DNA of 64,000 nt from Candidatus Latescibacterota bacterium (GTDB lineage Bacteria > Latescibacterota > UBA2968): NCBI GenBank assembly GCA_965205975.1, contig OZ242195.1:4704001-4768000 (forward strand), given 5' to 3'. The translations under genes and the position numbers were made by a program. Each line of letters begins with the position of its first letter. The stretch's first letter is position 1. This document shows positions 1 to 9,815 of the stretch, piece by piece. The notes beneath the pieces were generated by a model. It was not told the DNA's origin. It ran no database searches and was given only the letters and a program-made list of their open reading frames with translations.

Positions 1-284
1 TGTTCGCGGATTGCTTTGAGGAGGGTGTCTGAGGTGTCATCGGAGGTCATGACGATGACTGGCGGCGGTGAGGGCAGGGTTTTTACTTTTGACAACAATT
101 CCAAACCGTTGAGTCCGGGCATCCATATATCTGTAAGCAGCAAGTCGAATGAGGTTGTGGAGATTCGGTCATAAGCCTTTGTCCCATCGGTAACCGTTTC
201 TGTTGTGTGCCCGGCGTCTTCGAGTATGGCTTCTACCAGCACTCTGGTTGAGCCGTCGTCTTCTGCGATTAGTATTTTGGACAT
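1..284 (-). CDS. Response regulator receiver protein (runs off window start)
   Basis: Manual translation from ATG at 284: MSKILIAEDD...DLLLTDIWMPGLNGLELL, a REC domain. Confidence 0.85.
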   Translation of the reverse strand, partial: MSKILIAEDDGSTRVLVEAILEDAGHTTETVTDGTKAYDRISTTSFDLLLTDIWMPGLNGLELLSKVKTLPSPPPVIVMTSDDTSDTLLKAIRE

Positions 285-298
285 GTCTGGTGCTCGGT

Positions 299-997
299 TC
301 AAAAGGATAGGGTGAGTTCTTTGAGTGCATTTTGGACAGCAGATAGCTCGTGTTCGAGCTTTTGACAGGTTGCGGAGGCCTGGCTCAGGTTGTTCGATTT
401 GCCCATTTGCTCGAGTGCGAAAGCTGCTTCGTATGCTGTTTTGGCGTCAAAATTGGCGATAGCGCCCTTCAGCGCGTGGGCTGCCTGGCGCAGGTCTTCA
501 GACGATTGTTGGTCAATTGCCCGGTGCAATGCGGCAATCTGGTCGGGTAGTTCTTCTGTGAAAATATCAACCATTTTTTTGAGAATTTGCCTTCTTCCGC
601 CTACCCGTGTCATGATACGATCGATGTCAATAGGAGGTGTTTGGACGTTTTCGGGCTGTATATTCAAATTTTGCAAGACGGCAAAGAGTTGGTCTGCAAG
701 GACGGGGCGGATGAGCGTTGCTGCGGCACCTGCGCTGAGACAGGGTTGATCGTGTTTTTCGTGTGATACGAGACCAATAATGGGTATGCCCGGTTGTGTC
801 CGCGCAATTTGCTGTTCAAAATTTTTACACTCATCTATGTCCATCATCGCGAAACGATAAGACAGGGCTTTTTCAGGCGGTTCGGGAACTGCCACGACCC
901 GATAGCCCATTTGCTCGAGTAGCGCGTAGAGCAGGTGGCGATGGATGGGGTTGCGATCTATAATGAGCGCGTCATAAGAAGTTGGGAGATGGTCCAT
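299..997 (-). CDS. Degenerate receiver + Hpt domain protein
   Basis: C-terminal Hpt motif AAHALKGA; REC-like N-terminus; start placed at ATG 997 (ORF track starts at 1072). Confidence 0.75.
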   Translation of the reverse strand: MDHLPTSYDALIIDRNPIHRHLLYALLEQMGYRVVAVPEPPEKALSYRFAMMDIDECKNFEQQIARTQPGIPIIGLVSHEKHDQPCLSAGAAATLIRPVLADQLFAVLQNLNIQPENVQTPPIDIDRIMTRVGGRRQILKKMVDIFTEELPDQIAALHRAIDQQSSEDLRQAAHALKGAIANFDAKTAYEAAFALEQMGKSNNLSQASATCQKLEHELSAVQNALKELTLSF

Positions 998-1208
998 CGA
1001 ATCTGGCTCCAGGATTGTTAAAAAAGTCATTTGCATAATAGGTACAACAGATTGGCAGTTTGTGTCAACCACAATTGTTTGAGGTTGTGGGGTGGCGCGA
1101 ACTAATATGAAGAAGTAGATTTTTGATTGACTTCTGTTTTTGTGTGTATAATCTTAGTGGTGAAATGGTTCCTCGCAATCGTTATTCCGATAGCATCAGG
1201 AGGTGTGT

Positions 1209-1448
1209 ATGGATCTTAAAGATTTGGACCGTATCCACAAGGAGCAGGCTGAAAGACAAAAGTTCAAAAGCATTCTTCAACGTTTTGAAGAAGGGAACAA
1301 TTTGAGGAATGGGTTTATTGTCATTGCTATTGTGATTGTCCTGGTTATTTTGATTTACGGTGTGAAAGAAATGAATTTTCTCTTTGAATCTATTCCGGGC
1401 GGTGACCCGGTAGAACAAGTAACACCCCGGGGAACAGAGGGTGAATAG
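1209..1448 (+). CDS. Small hypothetical membrane protein
   Basis: AGGAGG RBS before ATG; one hydrophobic helix FIVIAIVIVLVILIY. Confidence 0.6.
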   Translation: MDLKDLDRIHKEQAERQKFKSILQRFEEGNNLRNGFIVIAIVIVLVILIYGVKEMNFLFESIPGGDPVEQVTPRGTEGE

Positions 1449-1458
1449 AGCAGATTGA

Positions 1459-4353
1459 ATGGGTAAACGCGATACACATACGGTTGATTCTACTGGTGGT
1501 TTTCAACAGATTCGGGATGCGTTAGACGCATTGCAGCGGAGTGAAGAGCGTCTAACACACGCGCTCAATGCCGGTGGGATTGGTCTGTTTGATTGGAATA
1601 TACAGAACGATAGTGCCGTGTGTACAGACCGGTATTTCGAACTTTTTGGTTTTCCTCCACGAGATACAATGGTCTCTGAGGCCGAGTGGTTGGCGTGCGT
1701 TTATCCAGATGATCGCGATCGCGCACAGAAGGAGGTCAGACAAGCCCTTGAAGGCCGCGCTCCTTATGACACTGAATATCGAATTGTACATGCCAATGGC
1801 GAGGTGAGATGGGTCAGCAGCAAAGCCAAAGTATTTTTTGACGCAGGTGAGGAAGTGCCGGTTCGCATGATTGGGGCGGTGGCCGATATTACCCGACAAA
1901 AGCGGGCAGAAGGTGCGCTTGGCGAGCAAGTGGCTTTTCAGAATGCGCTCATACAGGTCAGTCGCGCCGTGCAACAGATGACGCGGCCAGAGCATCTCGA
2001 GGTGGTTGTTCGCGTGTGTAGAGAACAGTTACTGGCTCTTGATGTATCAGTTGTCGCCATTGCCGTGCATCGATTGCTCGATCCCAAAACGCGTACTTTT
2101 GAAACGTACGAGGTGATGCCTTCGGGGCAGATCAATTGCATGGTGCGCGAGGTGCCGAATGTATATCGGATGTGGCAACAGCAGAAAACAATTTATCGCG
2201 AGAATCTCGTAGAAAATATGGGGGGGTTGTCACAGGTGGGATTCAAGGCCATAGCTGCGCGATATGGGGTTGAGGTGCGGTGTATTCTCGATATTCCCCA
2301 TGTGCGGGGCACGCTGGCTTTGATGGGTAGTGAGGTTTCTGCCTTTTCAGAGGCCGAAGTTCTGTTTTTGGAAAGTATTGCAGAACAGGTCTCGATGGGT
2401 ATTACCCGTTTAGACGACCTCGAGCGCCTCGAAGCGCAGAACAAAGAGCTTGAAAATGCCCGCCTGGTAGCTGAAGCAGCAAATCAAGCTAAGAGCCAAT
2501 TTTTGGCCAATATGAGCCACGAGATTCGCACGCCAATGAATGGCATTATGGGGATGATTGAGTTGCTGGGCAATACCGAATTGACAGAGCGGCAAAAAGA
2601 ATACGCCGATCTCGCTTATAATTCGGCAGATACGTTACTGGTGTTGCTCAACGATATTCTCGATCTGTCCAAGGTGGAGGCCGGTAAGCTCGAATTGGAA
2701 AGCATTCCGTTTGCACTGAGAGATACGCTTGGCGATACGTTGCAAACGCTGGCTGTTCGGGCGAGTGAGAAGGGGCTTGAATTGACCTATCGGATTGCAC
2801 CAGAGGTTCCCGACGACCTGATAGGCGATCCCATTCGCCTGAGACAAGTCGTTGTCAACCTGGTGGGCAATGCCATCAAATTTACAGAACGGGGGAATGT
2901 AGATATCGATGTTGACCTGATAGAGGTGCGCGAGGAGAACGCAAAAATGCGATTTGAGGTGCGCGATACAGGTATCGGTATTCCATCACAGGTACAACAA
3001 CAGATATTCAGTGCGTTTGATCAGGCCGACAGTTCAACGACGCGGCAATACGGCGGCACGGGTCTCGGTTTGACTATTTCTGCCCAACTTGTGGAACTGA
3101 TGGGTGGAAAACTCGATGTGAAAAGCGAACTGGATAAGGGCAGTATTTTCTTTTTTGAAGCCAGTTTTTCGCGTCGGACCAACGGTGTGTTATACCGGGA
3201 TGTTTTGCCCGATACGTTGCATGGTATGCCCGTATTGGTCGTTGATGATAACAATACCAATCGGGTGATTTTTGAAGAGATGTTGTCCTGTCATGGTTTG
3301 AAACCCGCTCTGGCTGAGAATGGTCAGATAGCATTGGAAGAGTTGCTGCGCGCACAACGGGCAGGTAGCCCATATCCACTGGTTTTGCTCGACGCGGAAA
3401 TGCCGGTTATGGACGGTTACGCGCTCGCAAGGCAGATTGCCGCTGATGCAACGCTGCAATACACGCGTGTGGTGGTTTTGACCTCTGCTGGTCGCCCGGA
3501 TGTGGCTTCTACCAGAGAAATGCTGGCCGGGCACTTGTCCAAACCCATCAAGCAATCCGATCTTTTTAATTTGATCGCTGACATATTTGAGGAATCTGCG
3601 CCAGATGCTTTGGGGGCGGGCGATATTGTAACCGATAAGGCGCAGAAATCTCTTCACATTTTATTGGCCGAAGACGGTCTGGTCAACCAGCGCGTTGCCA
3701 TTGATATGTTACACCAGCGCGGTCACACAGTCGTTGTGGCAAATAATGGTGTGGAGGCTCTGGAAGCACTTAAAAAAGACGATGTTTTTGATCTGGTGTT
3801 GATGGATGTACAAATGCCCGAAATGGATGGGCTTGAAGCTACAAAAAAAATTCGCGAGCGAGAGAAGGTGTCGGGGGGGCATATTCGCATTGTTGCGATG
3901 ACAGCCGATGTGATGAAGGGCGACCGCGAGCTTTGCATAGCGGCCGGCATGGATGGATTTGTCGCCAAACCACTTCGATCTCGCCTCCTTTACGAGGCGG
4001 TGGAAACGACGGGTCCCACCTCGCACCAGGCGCTCGATTGGGGGGCGTCATTGCAACATGTTGGTGGGGATAAAGCACTTCTCGTGCGGCTATCCGAGAT
4101 GTTTTTAGAAACGAGAGGAGATTTGATAAGCCTGCTCGAAGATACAGAAACGCTTCGCCAGGGCGCGCGTGAATTAAAAGAAAATGCCGAATTGTTTTAC
4201 GCGAATGACCTGAGGGAAGTTGCCGCGACAATTGAGGAGCTGGCAAAGGATGAGAATTGGGCAGATGTTGATCGCTTTATGGAAGATTTAAGAGGGCATG
4301 TAGAATCCCTTGCAGCCGCGCTCGAGGTGCAGGGACATTTGGTTCACAAATAG
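1459..4353 (+). CDS. Hybrid sensor histidine kinase (PAS, GAF-like, HisKA, HATPase, two REC, Hpt-like)
   Basis: [16 protein letters not shown]-box, [11 protein letters not shown]-box, GGTGLGL G-box, two receiver domains. Confidence 0.95.
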   Translation: MGKRDTHTVDSTGGFQQIRDALDALQRSEERLTHALNAGGIGLFDWNIQNDSAVCTDRYFELFGFPPRDTMVSEAEWLACVYPDDRDRAQKEVRQALEGRAPYDTEYRIVHANGEVRWVSSKAKVFFDAGEEVPVRMIGAVADITRQKRAEGALGEQVAFQNALIQVSRAVQQMTRPEHLEVVVRVCREQLLALDVSVVAIAVHRLLDPKTRTFETYEVMPSGQINCMVREVPNVYRMWQQQKTIYRENLVENMGGLSQVGFKAIAARYGVEVRCILDIPHVRGTLALMGSEVSAFSEAEVLFLESIAEQVSMGITRLDDLERLEAQNKELENARLVAEAANQAKSQFLANMSHEIRTPMNGIMGMIELLGNTELTERQKEYADLAYNSADTLLVLLNDILDLSKVEAGKLELESIPFALRDTLGDTLQTLAVRASEKGLELTYRIAPEVPDDLIGDPIRLRQVVVNLVGNAIKFTERGNVDIDVDLIEVREENAKMRFEVRDTGIGIPSQVQQQIFSAFDQADSSTTRQYGGTGLGLTISAQLVELMGGKLDVKSELDKGSIFFFEASFSRRTNGVLYRDVLPDTLHGMPVLVVDDNNTNRVIFEEMLSCHGLKPALAENGQIALEELLRAQRAGSPYPLVLLDAEMPVMDGYALARQIAADATLQYTRVVVLTSAGRPDVASTREMLAGHLSKPIKQSDLFNLIADIFEESAPDALGAGDIVTDKAQKSLHILLAEDGLVNQRVAIDMLHQRGHTVVVANNGVEALEALKKDDVFDLVLMDVQMPEMDGLEATKKIREREKVSGGHIRIVAMTADVMKGDRELCIAAGMDGFVAKPLRSRLLYEAVETTGPTSHQALDWGASLQHVGGDKALLVRLSEMFLETRGDLISLLEDTETLRQGARELKENAELFYANDLREVAATIEELAKDENWADVDRFMEDLRGHVESLAAALEVQGHLVHK

Positions 4354-4366
4354 GAAGGAAAATAGA

Positions 4367-4711
4367 ATGGCTTTTGAAGAAACTATGCAGGGGAATATTC
4401 GCATTATAAAGCTCGACGGTCAGGTGACAGACCGCGAGATGTCGGAGTTGGCCGATTATGTAACTGAATTTCTCGGAGAGAATAATGGAATGAAAGTAGT
4501 TTTGGATTTGGGGCAGGTGCGGTGGTTAAACAGCATGGCATTTGGGGTTTTGACCGCGCTTTTGCAGCGTTTGCGCCAGGCCAACGGCGATTTAAAACTC
4601 GCCAATGCCCACGATCATGTGATTAGTGTTTTTGTGCAGACGCAGTTGATTAAAGTTTTTGATCTGCACGATTCCGTAGATGAAGCTGTTGCGGCATTTC
4701 AGGCGGCGTGA
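4367..4711 (+). CDS. STAS domain anti-sigma factor antagonist
   Basis: VVLDLGQVRWLNSMAFGVL STAS motif; AGGAAGG RBS. Confidence 0.9.
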   Translation: MAFEETMQGNIRIIKLDGQVTDREMSELADYVTEFLGENNGMKVVLDLGQVRWLNSMAFGVLTALLQRLRQANGDLKLANAHDHVISVFVQTQLIKVFDLHDSVDEAVAAFQAA

Positions 4712-4765
4712 ATCTTTTTCTTGCCTGAGAATGAAATTGTGGTATTTTTTTAAATAAATAGCAAA

Positions 4766-4842
4766 CGGGGCGTGGCTCAGCCCGGTAGAGCGCCTGCTTC
4801 GGGAGCAGGAGGCCGGAGGTTCAAATCCTCTCGCCCCGACCA
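4766..4842 (+). tRNA. tRNA-Pro (CGG)
   Basis: CGGGGCG/CGCCCCG acceptor stem, anticodon arm CCTGC-TTCGGGA-GCAGG, GGTTCAAATCC T-arm, encoded CCA. Confidence 0.97.
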
Positions 4843-4850
4843 ATAGATTT

Positions 4851-4884
4851 AAGGGGTCGCGTTATTTAACGCGACCCCTTTTTT
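4851..4884. terminator. Intrinsic terminator between tRNA-Pro and the convergent kinase gene
   Basis: AAGGGGTCGCGTTA-TT-TAACGCGACCCCTT followed by a T run. Confidence 0.85.
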
Positions 4885-6706
4885 ATACGCCTGGCAATGT
4901 CAATCCAAATGTCGATCCCTTGCCCTGTTCACTCTCGACATAGACCCGCTCGCCGTGTGCATCCATGATGTGCCGAACAATTGACAAGCCCAGGCCCGTC
5001 CCGCCCATTGCCCGCGAGCGCCCTTTATCGACCCGATAAAATCGCTCAAAAATACGATCCATATCTGAAAGCGGAACCCCAATACCCGTGTCCTTTACTT
5101 CAAGTGCAATGCGACGCTTGCGGGTCTGCGTCGCATTTTCACCATGTCTATTGCGACGGTTTTCTCGATCATTTTCCACATGCTCGAAATCCCGCGTCTG
5201 AATCCAGATTCCACCTTCTTCAGGTGTGTATTTTACGGCGTTGTCGAGCAAATTGAACAATGCTTGTTCGATGAGCTTGCGATCGCACTGTACCTGCACG
5301 TTTTCTTTTGTGTTTATCTCAATGGTAAGGGTTTTTTCTTTTGCCAGTGGGCGTATTTGTCCAACGACGGAATTGACTATCTCATGTAGGGGATAAACGT
5401 CGATCTCAAGAGGTAGCGCACCTGATTCTATACGCGACAAATCCAGAATATCTTCTACCAGATTGTGCAGGCGATCCGCATGGATGTTAATCATTCGCAC
5501 GAATCGCTGTGAGGCTTCCCGGTCGTCTAAGGCGCCGTCTGCCAGCGTGGATGCACATCCCTTAATGGTGGTAAGCGGGGTGCGCAATTCATGGGAAACA
5601 TTGGCGACAAAATCTTTGCGAATGCGCTCCAGGCGGCGCAGTTCCGTGATATCGTAAAAAATAGTTACAGAACCCGCGATATGATCATTTTGCAAAATAG
5701 GTGCAATCTGCACATCGAAATGTCGCTCTCGGTCGTCTGAGCGGGTGAGATCTAAAAATACCGCTTGTCCGGTTTTCAGGGTTTGATCAATTGCATTTTG
5801 CACATCCCGATGGCGCACAAGCTCAATGGGCATGCGCCCTTCAATGGCGTCAGGCACTCCAAATAGCTTTTCAAATGTCTGATTGCCCATCAGGATGCGA
5901 CCACTCTGGTCCGTGACCAGAATCGCTTCTGTAATGCTCGTCAAGACGGCTTCTAAACGCGATTTTTCAAGTGTAACTTGCCCGATGTGCGTCTGGACCT
6001 GCCGGCGCATGTCGTCTAATGCGGTGCCCAAATCGCGCAATTCTCGCGTGGATCCAACGCGGAGTGTGCGGTGTTTTAATCTTCCAGAAGCAATGTTTTT
6101 GACGAACCAGATGGCGTCTAAAATTGGACGCGAGATATATCGCGAGGTGGCATAAGCCAATAACAGGGCGAGGCATAATCCCAGTATCGATACTATCCAT
6201 ATCGCCTGTGAAATCAGTTGTTTTATCTGCTCTATATCGCGCAGGGGCAGGGCCAATCTCAGGACATAATGTCCATCGCCAATTTCCGGTACTGCCGTTG
6301 CTACATATAATATTTCGGTATCCAGAGTATTGCTATAACGCAAGCTGCTTCCCCGTCCCTGTTGACGTGCCGCGCTGATTTCTGGATGATCGGCGTGATT
6401 CTCCAGAGCGCTCAGATCGGATGGATCGGTTTCCGAATCGGCCAGTACACGTCCCTGTCCGTTGATCAGCATTGCACGCACGCCCAAACGCAAGCCCACT
6501 TCGTTGACGAGTGGGACGAGTCCCTCGTCGGTATTTGCCACCTCGCTGAGATGCACGCGGGCAAAACGCACCTCGCGCAAAAGTCTCTGCTCGAGATGAG
6601 AAACCCAAAAGGCGCGTATGGCGTGATCCAGATATAGATGTGCAGATGCCAGTACCAGTATCAGCACAGAAAGGCAGGCGAGCATCCATTTCCAGTGCAA
6701 ACGCAT
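4883..6706 (-). CDS. phoR: PhoR-like sensor histidine kinase
   Basis: Two TM helices, HAMP, PAS, DFVANVSHELRTPLT, IFERFYRVDKGRSR..GGTGLGLSIV; start at MRLHWKW. Confidence 0.85.
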   Translation of the reverse strand: MRLHWKWMLACLSVLILVLASAHLYLDHAIRAFWVSHLEQRLLREVRFARVHLSEVANTDEGLVPLVNEVGLRLGVRAMLINGQGRVLADSETDPSDLSALENHADHPEISAARQQGRGSSLRYSNTLDTEILYVATAVPEIGDGHYVLRLALPLRDIEQIKQLISQAIWIVSILGLCLALLLAYATSRYISRPILDAIWFVKNIASGRLKHRTLRVGSTRELRDLGTALDDMRRQVQTHIGQVTLEKSRLEAVLTSITEAILVTDQSGRILMGNQTFEKLFGVPDAIEGRMPIELVRHRDVQNAIDQTLKTGQAVFLDLTRSDDRERHFDVQIAPILQNDHIAGSVTIFYDITELRRLERIRKDFVANVSHELRTPLTTIKGCASTLADGALDDREASQRFVRMINIHADRLHNLVEDILDLSRIESGALPLEIDVYPLHEIVNSVVGQIRPLAKEKTLTIEINTKENVQVQCDRKLIEQALFNLLDNAVKYTPEEGGIWIQTRDFEHVENDRENRRNRHGENATQTRKRRIALEVKDTGIGVPLSDMDRIFERFYRVDKGRSRAMGGTGLGLSIVRHIMDAHGERVYVESEQGKGSTFGLTLPGV

Positions 6707-6707
6707 T

Positions 6708-7406
6708 CTATACTCTATCTCGGCGGAAGCGATAGCCCACGCCCCGCACGGTTTCGATCCATTCGTTTGCTTCGCCGAGTTTCTCGCGCAACCGCCTGAT
6801 GTGGGTATCGACTGTGCGCCCATAGCCGCTGTACTCATAACCCCATACTGTGTCGAGTAAATCGTCGCGCGTTTGCACGCGCCCGCGGCGTTCGATCAAG
6901 GTCAGGAGCAACTTAAACTCTGTGCCGGTCAATTCTAATGGATCGCCATTTAAGAGGGCCTGGTGTGCGGCTTTATCGATAGAAATCGGTCCCGTATGTA
7001 ACCAGGCCTCGGTCTCTGTGGTCAATTGCGAGCTACCCTGACTGCGCCGCAGAATCGCCTGCGCTCTCAAGACGAGTTCGCGTGGGGAAAAGGGTTTGAC
7101 GACGTAGTCATCGGCTCCCAATTCCAATCCCACAATGCGATCTACTTCCTCTTTGCGTGCGGTTAACATCAAGATGGGTATGTGACGGATTCGAGCATCT
7201 TGTTTTAATTGTCTGCACATGTCCAGCCCATCGATGCCCGGTAGCATCAGGTCCAGTATGATCAGATCTGGTAGAGTTTCCTGAACGCTCTGGAGGGCAC
7301 GCTCGGCATCTTCTGCTGTTTCAACATCTAACCCAGCCTGATCGAGGTTGTAGCGCACCATTTCCAAAATATCGGGTTCGTCTTCAACCACCAGAACTTT
7401 ATTCAT
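6708..7406 (-). CDS. phoB: PhoB-like OmpR-family response regulator
   Basis: REC + winged helix, RTVDTHIRRLREKL..IETVRGVGYRF; directly upstream of the PhoR-like gene. Confidence 0.85.
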   Translation of the reverse strand: MNKVLVVEDEPDILEMVRYNLDQAGLDVETAEDAERALQSVQETLPDLIILDLMLPGIDGLDMCRQLKQDARIRHIPILMLTARKEEVDRIVGLELGADDYVVKPFSPRELVLRAQAILRRSQGSSQLTTETEAWLHTGPISIDKAAHQALLNGDPLELTGTEFKLLLTLIERRGRVQTRDDLLDTVWGYEYSGYGRTVDTHIRRLREKLGEANEWIETVRGVGYRFRRDRV

Positions 7407-7472
7407 TTTTATCTCCTGGTCTGAAAATGTAAGTACATATTTCTACAGTATAAATATAATACGGTGGTCAAA

Positions 7473-9815
7473 TTATTGTAAACGTTTTAGGACAAAAACC
7501 ATGTCAATGGCTTGCAATTGTTCGGCCAGCTTATCCAGGGTGTTTAGTTCAGATAGGTTGACAGGTGTTTGCAATAGGCGCTGAATATCGCGATGGTCAA
7601 AAATGCGTTGGGGTAGTGTTTCGTAGCCTTTTGCTTCTACGTGGATCTGGCTGGTCACAGGTACCCAAATTTGAAATGTTCCGCGTGGAGCTTCTGTTTG
7701 CAGGACTGTTCTGCCAATGGGATCAACGGCTCGAATCATGGCTTTGGGCACGGGAGAATTGTCGGCCATTTCAATTTTCCCTCGCACAATAGCCTGAACA
7801 GGTTTGGGGGGCGCAAAATTCTCTGTTTGGAAATAGATTGGATTCGTCCATGCCACGCGCGACGTATCTGCACCGTAGCACCGCGCGAGATACCAGCAGT
7901 TGACAGAGTCTTCGAGTGTTATTGATGTCCGATATTTTCGCGGCTGTTTTTTTAAATTCCAACTCTGGATTACCCGTGCATTGCGAACCAGTTCAATGCG
8001 CGTCAAATACGCATCGGATTTTGCGGCTGCCCAGGCGTTAATTGTTGCTCGTCTTTTGCGGCCTGTGGGCAATTGGTTACCGGGTCCGGCTGCAAAGACG
8101 GATAATGAGATTAGAGGTCCGTTGGTTATCATATTTTGGCCGTTGGCAATTGCGCGCATCAGTCTATCAGCGGTCAGGTCGCCGGACACTTGTGTGTATG
8201 TGCGAAAATGTTTGGCGGAAAGCGCTGTACCCGCAATGCGGTATCCCCGATTGAGCAGTGCAAACCACAGTGCTCGTATATCGGGATGCGCGACGTCGAG
8301 TGCGTCAAAAGCCGGGCCTGCGAGAATATCGAATAAGTTCGATGTGCCAAAAATATCTGTATAGCCAACAATACCGCGATCTAAATGCGTCTGGGCATGT
8401 ACCTCGAATCCGTTTTTTTCAGGGGTAAATAGCCTTGTGGTGCCCAATACCCATTGTTTTCCCCCGCGTGTTTCAACATATTTGCCGGGTAGCGTCAGTA
8501 TCGAATTTCCATTCGCATTCACCGGCAAGGCTACCCAGTCCAGTCCGTGTGCCCGCGCATCATTGGCAGTGCTGTTGAGAAGATCGCCAGCCACCCATCC
8601 TCGTGCACGGAGGTCTGTCCAGGGTTCGAAGGGCAATTCTACCAGGTGTTCTCGACCAGCCTCGAGGTGTAAGACCTGTGGTTCTGGCGGCAGGTGCGTA
8701 AGACCGCGCATTGCGGATACGGTGATTGTTTGGGGGGGTACATCAATTGCAAATGCACTGTCGGCAACAAAACCGCGTTCTGCAAAGCCCGTTTGTAAAA
8801 TAGTTCCCAGAGAATCGGCGACGATTACCCGGCCCAATAGGGGTTGCCCGGTTTCGGCATTAAAAAGACGACCGCGCAGTCGGACCGCTTTTTTGTCGCC
8901 AACATAGGTTTGGGCGCTGAGGTAAGCCAACCGCGCCCGCACATAGACGCCGCCCACATTTTCATCGGCGTCGCGCAATGTGGCTGTCGCTGTGCCATTT
9001 TCTATTCGTGCCCAGGGGGTTATTTGTCCGCGACTCGCTTCGAAGATGACCACGGCTCCATCATGAGAAACCACACTGTCCTGTCCCGTTGCCTGCATGT
9101 GGTGAGGCAGCGCAATAATACTGTCTTGTATGGTCACGCGCACCCTTGAGACGCGCGCACCACGTATGGGAAAATCTGTTGCTTTTAATTGAAGACCAGA
9201 GGGCATTCGCGATGCAATTTTGTGCAGACGCACGTCGTCAAAAGCCGCTTCTTTTCCGTGTGTGAGACAAATCACACGCCCAAATACGGCTTTTGTGGGT
9301 ACCACAAAAGTTCCGTCCCATTCCGTCCACGACGCGTTTGTTACTTCTGTTGTTATTCTGCTTTCGCCCACTGGCGTCTGATCTTCTGACAACCATCGGA
9401 TGCGTGCAGAAGCCCTTGCGCTGTCGGTACGCGCCCATCCGGTTAAGACATAAACGGCTCCCGGCTGAATACTGACGGGATCGCTGATCAATGCAGTGGG
9501 TTCTCCCCGCGGTCCACCTATCATAAGGACTGAGGTTTTGCCGCTGTGGGCGCGTTCGCGTTCGACCATGATCCGTGTGGAATCGGGTACGGGAGACCAA
9601 TTTACAGGTATCTGAGATGCTGTGATTTGTTCAAACCCCCCGTTGGGCACGTCCGCCCAGAGGTGGGGGGCGAGCGATAAAAAGAAAAAAAGCGGTAGGA
9701 GGTGAGACGTGAGACGTGAGAGGTCCACCCAACACCGCCCCAATGTTTTCCATCTGTGTTTATCTGTGTTCATCTGTGGTTGCTTTTCACTTTTCCATGA
9801 CAAATTGAATATCAT
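7473..9815 (-). CDS. Secreted protein with CBM-like N-terminal domain and degenerate PHP/CehA-McbA-like C-terminal region; start uncertain
   Basis: Signal peptide LLPLFFFLSLAPHLWA, NGGFE motif, GWVAGDL (metal His absent), AWTNPIY; true start probably at 9773 or 9728. Confidence 0.6.
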   Translation of the reverse strand: MIFNLSWKSEKQPQMNTDKHRWKTLGRCWVDLSRLTSHLLPLFFFLSLAPHLWADVPNGGFEQITASQIPVNWSPVPDSTRIMVERERAHSGKTSVLMIGGPRGEPTALISDPVSIQPGAVYVLTGWARTDSARASARIRWLSEDQTPVGESRITTEVTNASWTEWDGTFVVPTKAVFGRVICLTHGKEAAFDDVRLHKIASRMPSGLQLKATDFPIRGARVSRVRVTIQDSIIALPHHMQATGQDSVVSHDGAVVIFEASRGQITPWARIENGTATATLRDADENVGGVYVRARLAYLSAQTYVGDKKAVRLRGRLFNAETGQPLLGRVIVADSLGTILQTGFAERGFVADSAFAIDVPPQTITVSAMRGLTHLPPEPQVLHLEAGREHLVELPFEPWTDLRARGWVAGDLLNSTANDARAHGLDWVALPVNANGNSILTLPGKYVETRGGKQWVLGTTRLFTPEKNGFEVHAQTHLDRGIVGYTDIFGTSNLFDILAGPAFDALDVAHPDIRALWFALLNRGYRIAGTALSAKHFRTYTQVSGDLTADRLMRAIANGQNMITNGPLISLSVFAAGPGNQLPTGRKRRATINAWAAAKSDAYLTRIELVRNARVIQSWNLKKQPRKYRTSITLEDSVNCWYLARCYGADTSRVAWTNPIYFQTENFAPPKPVQAIVRGKIEMADNSPVPKAMIRAVDPIGRTVLQTEAPRGTFQIWVPVTSQIHVEAKGYETLPQRIFDHRDIQRLLQTPVNLSELNTLDKLAEQLQAIDMVFVLKRLQ
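9702..9721. repeat. Heptamer tandem repeat (GTGAGAC) x~3
   Basis: GTGAGACGTGAGACGTGAGA read directly. Confidence 0.7.
9750..9783 (-). repeat. 34-bp decamer-based dispersed repeat, copy 1
   Basis: Reverse complement GCAACCACAGATGAACACAGATAAACACAGATGG matches 54403-54436 with 2 mismatches. Confidence 0.85.

Noticed and set aside
4592..4843. 83-aa minus-strand ORF
   Set aside because: Antisense to tRNA-Pro and the STAS gene; a typical spurious call
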